Source: Thermoanaerobaculia bacterium
Lineage (GTDB): Bacteria; Acidobacteriota; Thermoanaerobaculia; UBA5066
Assembly: GCA_038245905.1 (NCBI GenBank)
Contig: JBBRRY010000052.1
Coordinates: 1-16,158 of the forward strand
Length of the DNA: 16,158 bases
Direction of reading: 5' to 3'
Shown here: positions 15,063-16,158 of the stretch, one piece after another
How the letters are laid out: each line of letters begins with the position of its first letter
Numbering within the stretch: the first letter of the stretch is position 1
Program-made: the position numbers and the translations under genes
The notes under the pieces: generated by a model
Told to the model about the DNA's origin: nothing
Database searches by the model: none
Seen by the model: only the letters and a program-made list of their open reading frames with translations

Positions 15063-16158
15063 ACCGCCTTCTCGCGCTCGTCCGCAAGGAGTTCCTCCAG
15101 CTCCGCCGCGACACGATCACGCTCCGGATGATCGTGATGGTGCCGATCCTCCAGACGCTCATCTTCGGCTACGCGATCAACTACGACGTCAAGCATCTGA
15201 AAACAGTCGTCCTCGACGAGGACAAGTCGTACGACAGCCGCGAGCTCATCGCAAAAATGACGGCGAGCGAGTACTTCGACATCGTGAAGCACGTCGATTC
15301 CGAGTCCCAGCTGCGCCACGAGATCGACGCGGGCCACGCCTCCGTCGGCCTCCTGATCGACCGCAACTACGGGAAGAACCGGCGCCGCGGCACTTCCGCG
15401 AAAGCACTCCTCGTCGTGAACGCCTCCGACACGACGACCGCGAGCCAGGCGATGGCGATCGCGGGCGGTATCTCGAGCCAGCTCTCGCTCCGCACGCTCG
15501 CGGCGAAAGCCGGCTGGAAGGAATCCGGTCCGCCCGTCGACCTGCGCGTGAGGCCCTGGTACAACCCCGACCTCCGGACCGCCACCTTCATCATCCCGGG
15601 CCTCATCGCGATCCTGCTGACCTTCACGCTCATCCAGTTCACGGCCATGGCGATCGTGCGCGAGAGGGAGCGCGGGACGCTCGAGCAGCTCCAGGTCACG
15701 CCCGTGACGCGCGTCGAGCTCATCCTCGGGAAGATCGCGCCCTTCGTCGTGATCGGCGTCTTCCAACTCACGCTCATCATCCTTCTCATGCGGTACCTGT
15801 TCGAGGTGCCGATTGCGGGAAGCGTTTTCGAGCTGTATCTCGTCGGGCTCATGTTCATCGCCGCCGTCCTCGGCCTCGGGATGCTCCTCTCGACGATCGC
15901 GACGACGCAGATGCAGGCGATGCAGATGTCGTTCTTCTTCCTGCTGCCGTTCGTCTTCCTCTCGGGCTACGTCTTTCCGATCGACGGCATGCCGAAGTTC
16001 TTTCAGTACATCACCTACCTGATCCCCGCGAAGTACTTCATCCAGGTCGTGCGCGGCATCGTCCTGAGGGGCGCGCCGCTGACCGAGCTTTGGGAGCCCG
16101 TCGCCTGGCTCACCTTCTACACCCTTGCGATCATCGCCCTCGCCGTCTCGCGGTTCCA
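15059..16158 (+). CDS. ABC-2 type permease (YbhS/YbhR-like), 3' end just beyond the window
   Basis: Not in the ORF track because there is no stop in the window. GTG 15059 overlaps the TGA at 15060-15062 and reads MNRLLALVRKEFLQLRRD...FGYAINYDV...WYNPDL...IVRERERGTLEQLQVTPV...LSGYVFPIDGMP. Confidence 0.93.
   Translation, partial: MNRLLALVRKEFLQLRRDTITLRMIVMVPILQTLIFGYAINYDVKHLKTVVLDEDKSYDSRELIAKMTASEYFDIVKHVDSESQLRHEIDAGHASVGLLIDRNYGKNRRRGTSAKALLVVNASDTTTASQAMAIAGGISSQLSLRTLAAKAGWKESGPPVDLRVRPWYNPDLRTATFIIPGLIAILLTFTLIQFTAMAIVRERERGTLEQLQVTPVTRVELILGKIAPFVVIGVFQLTLIILLMRYLFEVPIAGSVFELYLVGLMFIAAVLGLGMLLSTIATTQMQAMQMSFFFLLPFVFLSGYVFPIDGMPKFFQYITYLIPAKYFIQVVRGIVLRGAPLTELWEPVAWLTFYTLAIIALAVSRF

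Noticed and set aside
1-16158. tRNA, rRNA, CRISPR arrays, riboswitches
   Set aside because: Intergenic gaps are short (at most about 200 bp) and show no cloverleaf, repeat-spacer pattern or recognisable aptamer by eye.

Overview
High-GC bacterial DNA; gene content and style suggest Acidobacteriota, possibly Thermoanaerobaculia, which is an inference. The left edge is the left end of an IS5/IS1182-type element inserted at the CTAG that forms the stop codon of an AlkD-like HEAT-repeat gene. On the minus strand follow a TIGR03916-like radical SAM/HhH DNA-repair protein that seems to lack part of its barrel, mnmA, and two diverged paralogous exported proteins of unknown function. Divergent from these is a pterin-4a-carbinolamine dehydratase. 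Next comes a tightly coupled operon of about 10 kb: a small Cys-containing NHLP-leader-like protein, TolC, a periplasmic adaptor, an RND transporter, a HlyD/YbhG-like adaptor, a tandem ABC ATPase and an ABC-2 permease that runs off the window. The operon is preceded by a sigma54-like promoter with an upstream TGT-N10-ACA palindrome. The best candidates for undescribed biology are this NHLP-like-headed double-exporter operon and the pair of apparently degenerate DNA-repair genes.
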